From: Pseudomonadota bacterium
Lineage (GTDB): Bacteria; Myxococcota; JACRCW01; JAFGSX01
Reading direction: 5' to 3'
DNA length: 64,000 bases
NCBI GenBank assembly: GCA_043821645.1
Contig: JBDRCO010000003.1
Span: forward strand, 224,001-288,000
The position numbers and the translations under genes are program-made. Under the pieces are notes generated by a model, which was not told the DNA's origin, ran no database searches, and worked only from the letters and a program-made list of their open reading frames with translations. Position 1 is the stretch's first letter, and every line of letters begins with the position of its first letter. This document shows, piece by piece, positions 1-11,316 of this stretch.

Positions 1-59
1 TCCTCGACGAGCTAGGGCGGCTCGGCATCGTGTGTCAGGAGACGCGGAGAGTGGTCTGA

Positions 60-1586
60 TCAGGAAGCACGCACCTCGTCTCGAAGGACAGCCTTGAGGA
101 TCTTCCCTGCGGCATTGCGCGGCAGGGCGGGCTTGAAGCGGATCTCCTTGGGTAGCTTGAAGCGCGCGATCTTGTCCTGGCACAGCGCCATGAGCTCGTC
201 GGCCGAGGTGGTTGTTCCTGGGCGCAGGGCCACGAAGGCCACCGGCACCTCGCCCCACTTGGGATCCGGCTTGCCCACGACGCTGACCTCGAGCACCGTC
301 GGGTGCTGTTCAAGCACGCGCTCGATCTCGGCCGGAAAGATGTTCTCGCCCCCCGAGATGATCATGTCCTTCTTGCGGTCCACCAGGGTCAAGAAGCCGT
401 CGGCGTCGAGAGAGCCGATGTCCCCGGAGTGGAACCAGCCTCCTTTCAACGCATCGGCGGTCTGCTCGGGACGGTTCCAGTAGCCCTTCATGACGTTGGG
501 GCCGCGCACCAGGACCTCACCTGTCTGGCCAGCAGGCAGTGGCTTCCCATCGTCGTCGGCGATGCGAATGTCAACGTAGAGACAGGGCCGCCCTGCCGTG
601 CCCGCCTTCTTCAAACACTCGCCCGGTCCCATGCCCGTGGCGCCCGGCGATGTCTCGGTCAGACCGTAGCCCTGGCGGAACTCGAGTCCTCGCTCGTGAT
701 ACTGCTGGATCAGGGGCAAGGGCAGGGGCGCGCCGCCCGAGATGAAGGCCTGAATGGACGACAGGTCCGTGCTGGCGAAGCGCGGGTGGTCGTACAGCAT
801 CTGGTACACAGCCGGGACCGCCACCATGCCCGTGACGCGCTCGCGCTCGAAGGTGCTCAGGGTCTCCTCAACGTCAAATTTCTGCGGCAGGATCACCGTG
901 GCCCCGACGTGGATCATGGGTGTGACCGAGCCGTTGAGCCCGCCGACGTGGAACAGGGGCAGGATCACGTAGGCCACGGTGTCTGGCTGCACACCCAGGG
1001 CCCAGCCGTTGACCGACTGCCAGAAGCAGTTGGCGTGGGTGAGCATCACCCCCTTGGGATCGCCGGTGGTACCGGCGGTGTACATGATGAGATGCACGTC
1101 GTCGCCACCAACGTCGGGATCCACGGCGTCGACGTCCTCACCTGAGGCCACCAGTTTTTCATAGGCCGAGGCGCCGCCTGCCTCGTCCACTTCTGCCAGC
1201 AGGCTCAAGCTTGCGCAACGCTTCTGCAGTTGCTCCACCGTGCTTGCGAAGCCGCGATGGGACACCAGACCTCGCGCCTGGCAATCGTCGAGGATGAACC
1301 GAAGTTCGTCCGCGCCCAGGCGCCAGTTCAGAGGCACCGCGATGGCACCCATGGCCGATAGCGCGAACACCACCTCGATGTATTCGATACCGTTGAGCAG
1401 GTACAGACCCACACGATCGCCGCGCTGGATGCCGCGCGCCTTGAGGGCGCTGGCCAGGCGGTTCATGCGCTGCTGAAGCTGGGCATAGGTGCTGCTCCTG
1501 CCGCCAGACCTCAGGGCGATCTTTTCTCTGTAGATGAGCGCGTTCTTGCGCACCCAGTGGCCGATGTTGACATCGAGCAGAGCCAT
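60..1586 (-). CDS. Long-chain acyl-CoA synthetase / AMP-binding enzyme (FadD/MenE-like)
   Basis: AMP-binding motifs IMYTAGTTGDPKG, QGYGLTET, GWFHSGD, DRKKDMIISGGENI, LPRNAAGK. Confidence 0.9.
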   Translation of the reverse strand: MALLDVNIGHWVRKNALIYREKIALRSGGRSSTYAQLQQRMNRLASALKARGIQRGDRVGLYLLNGIEYIEVVFALSAMGAIAVPLNWRLGADELRFILDDCQARGLVSHRGFASTVEQLQKRCASLSLLAEVDEAGGASAYEKLVASGEDVDAVDPDVGGDDVHLIMYTAGTTGDPKGVMLTHANCFWQSVNGWALGVQPDTVAYVILPLFHVGGLNGSVTPMIHVGATVILPQKFDVEETLSTFERERVTGMVAVPAVYQMLYDHPRFASTDLSSIQAFISGGAPLPLPLIQQYHERGLEFRQGYGLTETSPGATGMGPGECLKKAGTAGRPCLYVDIRIADDDGKPLPAGQTGEVLVRGPNVMKGYWNRPEQTADALKGGWFHSGDIGSLDADGFLTLVDRKKDMIISGGENIFPAEIERVLEQHPTVLEVSVVGKPDPKWGEVPVAFVALRPGTTTSADELMALCQDKIARFKLPKEIRFKPALPRNAAGKILKAVLRDEVRAS

Positions 1587-1712
1587 GGCGAACCCCTGTG
1601 GAAGTGACCGCGTTGGCGCACTCTAGCACGCAGCCCGTTCTCCAGGATCCTGGCGGCGCCGCTCGACGCGCGCATCAACTCAGGCTAACGATCTGCAGTG
1701 CGAGGGGCGATC

Positions 1713-2381
1713 ATGCTGCGCGAGATCATCACCTTCAGCCTGATGTGCTTCTCGGCGGTGTTCTTTGTCGTGGACCCCTTCGCTGCCGTGCCCATGTTCC
1801 TGGCCATGACGCCGCACGACAGTGCCGACAAGCGGCGCCGCATGGCCTTGCGCGCGGCCCTCGCGGCGGGAGTCCTGCTCACCGCCTTCGCCTTGGTCGG
1901 GGCATTGATCTTCAAGGCCCTGGGCATCACCATCGGCGCCTTCAAGATCGCGGGCGGTATCCTGCTGCTGCTCATGGCCATCGACATGCTGCGCACGCGG
2001 ACGTCGCCGACGCGCATCACCGAGGGCGAGGTGCAGGACGGCGCCGAGAAGGACGACATCGCCATCGTGCCCCTGGCCATGCCCATGCTCGCGGGGCCCG
2101 GCTCCATTGCCACCGTGATTGTTCTCATGGGCCGCGCCCGGGCCGAGGCCTGGTGGCAGGTGATCCCGGTCCTGGCAGCCATCCTGCTCACGGCGCTGCT
2201 CAGCTACCTGGTGCTGCTCGGTGCGGCTCGTGTGGACCGCGTCCTGGGCCGCACGGGCATGAACATCCTCAGCCGCGTGGCAGGCCTGCTGCTGGCCGCC
2301 ATCGCCGTGCAGTTCATGCTCGACGGGCTGGTGGATGGATTGGGGGCTGTGCTCGTGGCCCCGCGGGCGGCGCCTGGTTGA
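1713..2381 (+). CDS. MarC family integral membrane protein
   Basis: About six hydrophobic helices; FFVVDPF, AFKIAGGILL, IAIVPLAMPMLAGPGSIATVI, RVAGLLLAAIAVQF are MarC/YhgN motifs. Start placed at ATG 1713. Confidence 0.9.
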   Translation: MLREIITFSLMCFSAVFFVVDPFAAVPMFLAMTPHDSADKRRRMALRAALAAGVLLTAFALVGALIFKALGITIGAFKIAGGILLLLMAIDMLRTRTSPTRITEGEVQDGAEKDDIAIVPLAMPMLAGPGSIATVIVLMGRARAEAWWQVIPVLAAILLTALLSYLVLLGAARVDRVLGRTGMNILSRVAGLLLAAIAVQFMLDGLVDGLGAVLVAPRAAPG

Positions 2382-2393
2382 GGTTGCGCCCGT

Positions 2394-3785
2394 TCACCCC
2401 ACGTTATCGTGCGTGCGTACCCTGAACCGGACGTGCAGCGTGTCCTCCGCCAGCGCCCGGCAGCGCTCCAAGTAGGCCGCATCGAACTCGGGCAGGCCGA
2501 CGACGCTGGCCGTGACCTCGAGTCCGGCATCACGCGCCGTGGTGATGAACTCCTGCACCGCCCCGAAGGCGCTCTCGCCCAGTTTCGAGGGACACAGCCT
2601 CGCATAGGTCTCGGCGTCAGCGGCGTTGAGGCTCACACTCACCGCATCGACCAGGCCCTTCAGTTCGGCGGCCACGTTGCGCTGGTAGATGCGATTGGCC
2701 AGGCCATCGGTGTCCAGCCGCACGCGCTTGCCCTGGGTCTTGAGCCAGGCCGCGAGTTCCTTGACCACCTCGAGGCGCAGGGTCGACTCGCCGAGGCCCA
2801 CGAACACCACCTCGGCATAGGAGGCGAGGTCGCCGCACGAGGCCTTGATCTCGCCGACGGTCGGCGCGCGGTCCAGCTTGAGGGCATGGCCCTGGACCAC
2901 GTAGCGCTCGCGCTGCTTGGGACAGAAGGTGCAGGCCAGGGTACAGGCGTTGGTGATGTTCAGGTACAGATTGCCGCGGATGGCGTAGGCGATGCGCGGG
3001 CGCAGGCCCTCGTCGTCGATGGGCAAACCGAGGCGCCGGATCGCGGTGCGTGCCGTGGTCCGGTGCACGTCCTGCAACTGGTGTCCCGTGGCCCGGGCGA
3101 TGAAGGCTGCGGTCTGTGCAACGAAGGCGGGCTCGTTGCGCTGACCACGATAGGGAACAGGCGCGAGGTAGGGCGCGTCGGTCTCGATCATCAGGCAGTC
3201 CATGGGCAGGGACCGAACCAGGTCGACCAGCTCACCAGGCTTCTTGTAGGTCACGATGCCGGGGATCGAGAGGCTCAGGTCCAGCTCCAGCATCAGCCGG
3301 GCATATGCCACCGTGCTCGAGAAGCAGTGCATCACGCCGCCGCGCGGCCCTAGCCCCACCTCGCGCAGGATGCCCAGGCAGTCGTCCTCGGCCTCGCGCA
3401 TGTGAATGACGACGGGGAGGTTCCGCTCACGGGCGAGGTTGAGCTGCTCGGCAAAGCGCGCCCGCTGGGTCTTGCGCGGGCTCAGATCGTAGTGGTAGTC
3501 GAGCCCGATCTCGCCGATGGCCACCACGCACGCGTCGGTGGCCAGCTCTGTCAGGCGCTGCAGGTAGTCCCCGGGCGCCTCCCGGGCGTCGTGGGGGTGC
3601 ACGCCCACGGTGGCAAAGATTCCGTCGTGCTCGCGGGCGATCTCCAGGGCGCGCTGGCTCGACGCCAGGTCGGCGCCGATGGTGATCATGTGGGTCACTC
3701 CGGCGGCCCGGGCACGGGCGATCACGGCCTCGCGATCGGCCGCGAATTCCGCGTGATCCAGGTGGCAATGGGAATCGATGATCAT
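2394..3785 (-). CDS. tatD: TatD-family nuclease fused to C-terminal radical SAM domain
   Basis: TatD motifs IDSHCH, GVHPH, GEIGLDY, IHMREA, HCFS, ETDAPYL, then YLNITNACTLACTFC (CX3CX2C). Start placed at MIIDSHCH; the upstream ORF extension runs into a MITE. Confidence 0.88.
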   Translation of the reverse strand: MIIDSHCHLDHAEFAADREAVIARARAAGVTHMITIGADLASSQRALEIAREHDGIFATVGVHPHDAREAPGDYLQRLTELATDACVVAIGEIGLDYHYDLSPRKTQRARFAEQLNLARERNLPVVIHMREAEDDCLGILREVGLGPRGGVMHCFSSTVAYARLMLELDLSLSIPGIVTYKKPGELVDLVRSLPMDCLMIETDAPYLAPVPYRGQRNEPAFVAQTAAFIARATGHQLQDVHRTTARTAIRRLGLPIDDEGLRPRIAYAIRGNLYLNITNACTLACTFCPKQRERYVVQGHALKLDRAPTVGEIKASCGDLASYAEVVFVGLGESTLRLEVVKELAAWLKTQGKRVRLDTDGLANRIYQRNVAAELKGLVDAVSVSLNAADAETYARLCPSKLGESAFGAVQEFITTARDAGLEVTASVVGLPEFDAAYLERCRALAEDTLHVRFRVRTHDNVG

Positions 3786-3835
3786 GTTGATGTCGTCGTC
3801 ACGGCAGCCTGTGCCGGTGCCGGCCGGGAGTGCAC

Positions 3836-4016
3836 CTAGGAGCCTGTCGAAAAAATCCTCCGGCTGCGGCGTCGGATCCTCTTGCTGCGACCAATGTGCT
3901 CGCTCGCTCCTCCTGCGACGCACCGCAAGTGCGTCTCGTCGTCACTCGCTGCGCTCATCGCTCTCGCTTCGGTCTCCACCGCCTCGCTTCGTTGTTTTTT
4001 CCCGACAGGCACCTAG
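3836..4016. mobile_element. Putative MITE (non-autonomous, IS5/IS1182-like ends) between metG and tatD
   Basis: CTAG at both ends (3836-3839, 4013-4016); imperfect terminal inverted repeats GAGCCTGTCGAAAAAA / TTTTTTCCCGACAGGCAC; internal hairpin GACGCAC-CGCAA-GTGCGTC (3917-3935). Confidence 0.7.
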
Positions 4017-6109
4017 CGGATGCGATCCCCGGGCTCCGCGCCGGGTACCTCGACCACGTGCAGGTTCTTCTCGTCCTCACCAGCGGCCAGCACCATGCCC
4101 TCGCTCAGTCCGAAACGCATCTTGCGCGGCGCCAGATTGGCGACCACGGCAACGATCTTGCCCTGCAGGGTCTCGGGCGAGACGCTGTGGCGGATACCGG
4201 CGAATATCTGGCGCGGCTTGTCTTCACCCACATCGACCTCGAGGCGCAGCAGCTTGTCGGCACCCTCGACCAGCTCTGCCTTGAGCACGCGTCCCGCGCG
4301 CAGTTCCACGTTCATGAACTGGTCGTACTGGATCATCGCCGGAGTCCCGGTCTCCCCCTTGGCCGCGGCCTCTGGTTTGGGGCCCTTGGCTGAGGGGGAG
4401 GTCTTCTTCTCGACGGCGGCTGGACCGGCTGCGGCGCTGGCTGCCACGGCGACCTGGCCGTCGACCGCCTGGTTCTCCTCGGCGCTGGCGGTGATCACGG
4501 CCTCGACCTGCGAACGCTCGATGCGCTCGAACAGGCGCTGGTAAGCACCAACGGTGTGGTTCTCGAGGTCGAACCGCGCGTCGTCAAAGGTCATCGCCGG
4601 GATCTGCAGCATGCTCTCGACCGTCGCCACCATGCCAGGAAGCACGGGCTTGAGCAGGGCCATGACGAGCTTTCCCGCGTTGATGGCGAAGGTGATGACG
4701 TCCCGCGCACGCTCGGGGTCCTCCTTGATCACCTGAAAGGGCTTTTCGTCCTGCAGGACCTTGTTGCCGATGTCCGCGATCTCGTTGACGAGCCGGATGG
4801 CGCGGGTGAACTCGAAGCGCAGGTAGGCGTCGCGCACCTCGGGCACCCGGGCCTCGATCTCCTCGATCAGCGGACGCAGGTCCGAGGGGATCACACCCAG
4901 CCGGCCCTCGAAGCGCTTGTGCGCGAACTGCACGCTGCGGCTGAGCAGGTTGACAATGCGGTTCATCAGGTCGGCGTTGACCCTGTTGACGAAGTCCTCG
5001 ACGTTGAGGTCGATGTCCTCGATGCCAGAAGTCAGCTTGGCCGCCAGGTAGTAGCGCAGGGCCTGCGGGTCCACGAAGCGCAGGTAGGTTCGCGCGTTGA
5101 TGAAGGTGCCTCGGCTCTTGCTCAACTTCTCGCCGTTGGCAGTGAGCATGCCGTGGACATGGACCCGCGTTGGCAGGTTGTAGCCCGAGGCCATCAGCAT
5201 GGCCGGCCAGAACAGGGTGTGAAAGTACACGATGTCCTTGCCGATGATATGCACCACCCGGGTCTCGGGATCGCGCCACCAGCGGTCGATGGACTGGCCG
5301 GTCTGCTGGCACCAGCGCCAGGTGTTGCTGATGTAGCCTACGGGCGCGTCGAGCCAGACGTAGAAGTACTTGTCGTCCTCACCGGGGATCTTGAAGCCGA
5401 AGTAGGGACCGTCGCGGCTGATGTCCCAGTCCTTGAGCCCGTCCTCGAGCCAGCGGTCCACGTAATTGCGCACGTCCAGCTGCAGGTGCTCGCCGCTGTG
5501 GCCCCACTCGCGCAGGGGCTCGGCGTAGGCGCTCAGGGTCACGAAGTAGTGCTTGGACGAGCGCAGCTCGGGTGGATTGTGGCACAGGGCACAGTGCGGA
5601 TCCTTGAGGTCCGACGGACTGTAGGTCGTGGAGCAGCTCTCGCACACGTCGCCATACTGATCCGCCGTGCCGCACTTGGGACAGCTGCCACGCACGTAGC
5701 GGTCGGGCAGGAAGCGCTTGCACGCTGCACAGTACATCTGCTCGACGTCGCGGGTCTGGATGTGCCCCGCCTTCTGCAGCGCGGTGTAGATCGCGGTGGC
5801 GACGGAGGCGTTCTCGTCACAGTGGGTTGAGCCGTAAAAGTCGAAGCCGATGTCGAACTGCCTGAAATCCTCGGTGTGGCGCTGGTACCAGCCTGCCACG
5901 AAATCCTCGGGCCTCAGGCCCTGGGCCTCGGCCTTGATCTGGATGGGCGTGCCATGCGTGTCGTCGGCGCAGATGTGCGCCACCTCATGCCCCAGCAGGC
6001 GCAGGGAGCGCACGTAGATATCGGTCTGGATGTGTTCGACCAGGTGCCCCAGGTGAATGTCACCATTGGCGTAGGGCAGGGCGCTGGTGACCACGTATCG
6101 GTGTGGCAT
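4013..6109 (-). CDS. metG: Methionine--tRNA ligase
   Basis: TSALPYANGDIHLGH (HIGH), Zn-knuckle CXXC pairs, YVWLDAP, KLSKSRG (KMSKS), C-terminal tRNA-binding OB domain (NLAPRKMRFGLSEGM). Confidence 0.97.
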   Translation of the reverse strand: MPHRYVVTSALPYANGDIHLGHLVEHIQTDIYVRSLRLLGHEVAHICADDTHGTPIQIKAEAQGLRPEDFVAGWYQRHTEDFRQFDIGFDFYGSTHCDENASVATAIYTALQKAGHIQTRDVEQMYCAACKRFLPDRYVRGSCPKCGTADQYGDVCESCSTTYSPSDLKDPHCALCHNPPELRSSKHYFVTLSAYAEPLREWGHSGEHLQLDVRNYVDRWLEDGLKDWDISRDGPYFGFKIPGEDDKYFYVWLDAPVGYISNTWRWCQQTGQSIDRWWRDPETRVVHIIGKDIVYFHTLFWPAMLMASGYNLPTRVHVHGMLTANGEKLSKSRGTFINARTYLRFVDPQALRYYLAAKLTSGIEDIDLNVEDFVNRVNADLMNRIVNLLSRSVQFAHKRFEGRLGVIPSDLRPLIEEIEARVPEVRDAYLRFEFTRAIRLVNEIADIGNKVLQDEKPFQVIKEDPERARDVITFAINAGKLVMALLKPVLPGMVATVESMLQIPAMTFDDARFDLENHTVGAYQRLFERIERSQVEAVITASAEENQAVDGQVAVAASAAAGPAAVEKKTSPSAKGPKPEAAAKGETGTPAMIQYDQFMNVELRAGRVLKAELVEGADKLLRLEVDVGEDKPRQIFAGIRHSVSPETLQGKIVAVVANLAPRKMRFGLSEGMVLAAGEDEKNLHVVEVPGAEPGDRIR

Positions 6110-6118
6110 CGCGACCTC

Positions 6119-7570
6119 TCAGCTTTGTGAAGTGCTTGGTTCGGCGGATGGCTCTCCACCACCTTCACCGCCACCCTCTCCCCCGCGGGGCTTGCGGCGC
6201 CGTCGGCGACGCCGACGTTTGCGGGGGGCTGCACCGCTGGGGTCACCGCTCTCGCTGGACACGGTCTCCACGCCCGTGTCTTCGCCCACGGTCTCGTCCA
6301 GATCCTCGTCCGAGCTGGGTGCCGGTGCTGCTGCCGCCGCTGGTCGAGGTGGCGGAGGCGCCGCCTGGACCTCTGTCCCGGGAGCACCGGGGGCAGTGGG
6401 GTCCGCTTCGCGACCTGGTTCCGGCCGTCCCTCTCCGCCGCCACGCCGACGACCCCGTCGTGAGCGGCGGGCGCCCTCGCGCGGTGCAGCATCGGCCGCT
6501 AGAGCCTCCCCATCAGGCGCGGGCGCGGGTGCGGGCCTCTGTGCCGGTCGGGCCGAGGGAGCTCGCGGCGCTGACACTGGCGCGCTTGCCGGGGCGCGGT
6601 TCGCCATCTTGTGACCGGGACAGTCGCCGTCGCAGCCCTGGCACAGTTCCGCGCGCGTGAACTCCTTCATGCCGCTTTCGAGCGATACGCGCACATTTCC
6701 ACGGAGCACATCGACGTCGCGGACGCGGCCTTCACCCGAGGGGGTCTGGATGCGCTTGCCGACCTTGGGCAAACCTACACGCAGTTCCTTGTAAATCTCT
6801 TCCTCGTAGTTGAGGCAGCACAGCAGCCTGCCACAGACCCCTGACACCTTTTGCGGGTTCAGGGCCAGCCCCTGGTCCTTGGCCATGCGAATCGACACCG
6901 GGGCGAAGCGCTGTATCCACGAGCAGCAGCACAGCTCGCGTCCACACATGCCGAGGCCACCCACCAGCTTGGCCTGGTCCCGTACCCCGATCTGGCGCAT
7001 CTCGATACGGGCGTGAAATCGCCTGGCCAGCTCCCTCACCAGGTTCCGGAAGTCGACGCGCTCCTCGCTGGCGAAGTGGAAGGTGAGGCGGGCGCCGCCC
7101 TGTCCGATCTCCACCCGCACCAGCTTCATCGGGAGCTTGTATTCGCGGACCTTCTCCTGGCAAAAGGCAAAGGTCTCCTGCTCCTGCTTGTTCCCCTTGT
7201 CGAGCGAGGCCTGGGAATCCTGGATGCGCCGGATCACGCGCCGGAGCCGGCGCGGGTCCACCTGCTTGACCTGGGCGCGGGTGAGCACGGTGGCGGGGCG
7301 CGGATCGCGAGCGGTCTCCACCAGCACACGGTCCCCCGGCTCCAGCACCAGGCCGATACAGTCGACATCGCGGGGCGCGTCACCGATGGCGAAGCCGACC
7401 CCCACCACGGTGCGGCTCACCAGCCTGGAGCCCGGTCGGTCCGCGGGTGGTGCCTCGGCGGCTGGCAGCTCGACGGCTGGCTCGGCTCCACTGCCCGCCG
7501 CCACACCTGTGGTCTCCGCTTCGTCGACGACAATGGGATCGATGTCGCCGCCCCTCTCGCTGGCGGTCAT
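6119..7570 (-). CDS. PSP1/RicT (YaaT)-family Fe-S protein with long low-complexity tails
   Basis: ERVDFRNLVRELARRFHARIEMRQIGVRD, GMCGRELCC, MAKDQGLALNPQKVSGVCGRLLCCLNYE; usual position upstream of metG. Confidence 0.9.
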   Translation of the reverse strand: MTASERGGDIDPIVVDEAETTGVAAGSGAEPAVELPAAEAPPADRPGSRLVSRTVVGVGFAIGDAPRDVDCIGLVLEPGDRVLVETARDPRPATVLTRAQVKQVDPRRLRRVIRRIQDSQASLDKGNKQEQETFAFCQEKVREYKLPMKLVRVEIGQGGARLTFHFASEERVDFRNLVRELARRFHARIEMRQIGVRDQAKLVGGLGMCGRELCCCSWIQRFAPVSIRMAKDQGLALNPQKVSGVCGRLLCCLNYEEEIYKELRVGLPKVGKRIQTPSGEGRVRDVDVLRGNVRVSLESGMKEFTRAELCQGCDGDCPGHKMANRAPASAPVSAPRAPSARPAQRPAPAPAPDGEALAADAAPREGARRSRRGRRRGGGEGRPEPGREADPTAPGAPGTEVQAAPPPPRPAAAAAPAPSSDEDLDETVGEDTGVETVSSESGDPSGAAPRKRRRRRRRRKPRGGEGGGEGGGEPSAEPSTSQS

Positions 7571-7893
7571 GATTCATGCTCGCTGCGCGCCGGTCCGCGT
7601 GGTCTGGACCGCACCGAAGGACGGTGCGCGATCTGCAGCCGCAATCCTGGCGCGCTCTGGCCCGGACGGAAACTTCCGGGGTGACCTCGAGTGCTCGCGA
7701 CCTCGTCGCGAAAGAAACAGCATAGGTCGCAACAGGATGCGGCTCAAGTGGCAAGCCGAGGTCGACGCCCGGAGTGCGTCTTTCGAGCTGCACTGTCGGT
7801 GCGAGGAGCCGCCACGACAGTTCACAGCAGGTCTTGCCACAGCCTGTCTCGGGTTGTCGGACGGGGACGAGGCCCGGTTCACCGCGCATGGCC

Positions 7894-7921
7894 TTGACAC
7901 GGTCGCGCTCTCACATAAATA
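7894..7921 (+). promoter_or_regulatory. Putative sigma70-type promoter for the J-domain gene
   Basis: TTGACA-N16-TAAATA about 70 bp upstream of ATG 7990. Confidence 0.4.
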
Positions 7922-7989
7922 TGGGCTCGTCATGCCCGGAGAGTTCAGGCACGGGGGGACCTGTCCACGAGAGACAAGGACGGGAAGGG

Positions 7990-9240
7990 ATGGTTTCCGG
8001 CGTTCTCAAGTCCGTCGCGGACCCCGATGAGATCCCCAGGCCCGTGGAGGGCGTGGATGTGACCCGCTTTGACCTCACGGCCGAGGAGGGTTTCGTGTAC
8101 TCGCGCATCGACGGCCACACGCCGGTGCGCTCCCTTCCGATGATGACGGCCTTGCCCGAGGCCTCGGTGGCGCGTGCCCTGCAGCGCCTGCGCGTCCTTG
8201 GGGCGGTGGTCCTGAGCACCGTGGGCGGTAACGGCACTTCGCAGTCGGCAGCACGCCCCCGCAAGCAGGATGAGCCCTTCGAGGGCATGGTCTTCAACCT
8301 CGTGGACCTTGCCGAGCAGGTGGATCTCGCCGAGGAGCAGAAGAAGCGCATCCTTTTCGTCGAGGCCAAGCTCACGAGCTGGAATCACTTCGAGCTGCTC
8401 GGGCTTGGACGTGGGTCGACCCAGGCCGACGTGCGAAAGGCCTACTTCAAGGCCAGCAAGGAATTCCACCCGGACGCGTATTTCCGCAAGAACCTGGGCA
8501 GTTACGGCCATCGTATCGAGACGATCTTCAAGGCCATGAAGATCAGCTACGACCTGCTCAGCAACGACGAGACCCGAGAGGCCTACGAGAAAAGCATCGT
8601 ATGGACGATGACGCCCGAAGAGGAGCGGGTCATCGTCGACAAGGTGAAGCGCAAGGCACGCGAGGGCCGGCGTGAGATCCTGCTGCGTGAGCGGCGACTC
8701 AAGAACAACCCAATGGTCGAGCGCATCAAGCGCGCGAACGTGCTGTACCAGGCGGGGATCGAGGCCATCCGGGCCGAGAAATGGATCGAGGCAGCGAATC
8801 ACCTGCGCCTGGCCATCACCTTCCATCCGATGCATCGGCCCTACCACGAGCTCTACTCGGAAGCGTCGTCGCGCGCCAAGCACATCCGCGCCCAGAACAT
8901 CGTCCGCACCATGAACGCATTGCTCGAGGCCGGAGAGAATGACGCCCTCATCGAACTCATCGATGAGCTGATGCATGTGGGTGAGGACAGGGCGGATCTG
9001 CTGGCCGAGGGCGCGGAGATCGTGCTCAGGTCCGGAGCCGTGAGGCGGGCCTTTGAACTGGCGCAGCGGGCGGTCGCCACCCGTGAGCATGACAAGCACG
9101 CCCTGCTGGCCCTTGCCCACGCTGCGGAGCGTGCCGAGAAGTGGAGCGTGGCCACCCGGAGCGTCGAGAAGCTGCTGGTGCAGGACGCCAGCAACGGGAG
9201 CTACAAGGACTGGCTCAAGAAGCTACGGAAGCACCTCTGA
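7990..9240 (+). CDS. J-domain (DnaJ-like) co-chaperone with N-terminal winged-helix-like domain and C-terminal TPR-like repeats
   Basis: HFELLGL...VRKAYFKASKEFHPD (intact HPD), helical TPR-like C-terminus; start at ATG 7990 after GGAAGG. Confidence 0.82.
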   Translation: MVSGVLKSVADPDEIPRPVEGVDVTRFDLTAEEGFVYSRIDGHTPVRSLPMMTALPEASVARALQRLRVLGAVVLSTVGGNGTSQSAARPRKQDEPFEGMVFNLVDLAEQVDLAEEQKKRILFVEAKLTSWNHFELLGLGRGSTQADVRKAYFKASKEFHPDAYFRKNLGSYGHRIETIFKAMKISYDLLSNDETREAYEKSIVWTMTPEEERVIVDKVKRKAREGRREILLRERRLKNNPMVERIKRANVLYQAGIEAIRAEKWIEAANHLRLAITFHPMHRPYHELYSEASSRAKHIRAQNIVRTMNALLEAGENDALIELIDELMHVGEDRADLLAEGAEIVLRSGAVRRAFELAQRAVATREHDKHALLALAHAAERAEKWSVATRSVEKLLVQDASNGSYKDWLKKLRKHL

Positions 9241-9394
9241 CCCGTGCCCCAAGGGGTTCGCGGAAATCGAACAGTCGGTTGCTTCACCCGTGCTTCATGG
9301 CTAATGTGGACGCGACAACGACCCGGAATCTGATCCGAGCCCTCGCGCAGCTTGCGCGACGTGGCCACACCCTCTGGGGGGGTACAAGTCGATC

Positions 9395-11221
<1,827 letters not shown>

Positions 11222-11316
11222 GGCAGGAGTTGGGGCGCGCAGCGCGGGCATGGGTCGTCGGGACCTGCCCGCCATGGCAGAGGGTCTGGGAGACAACCTC
11301 GGAGGGATGGTCAGGC

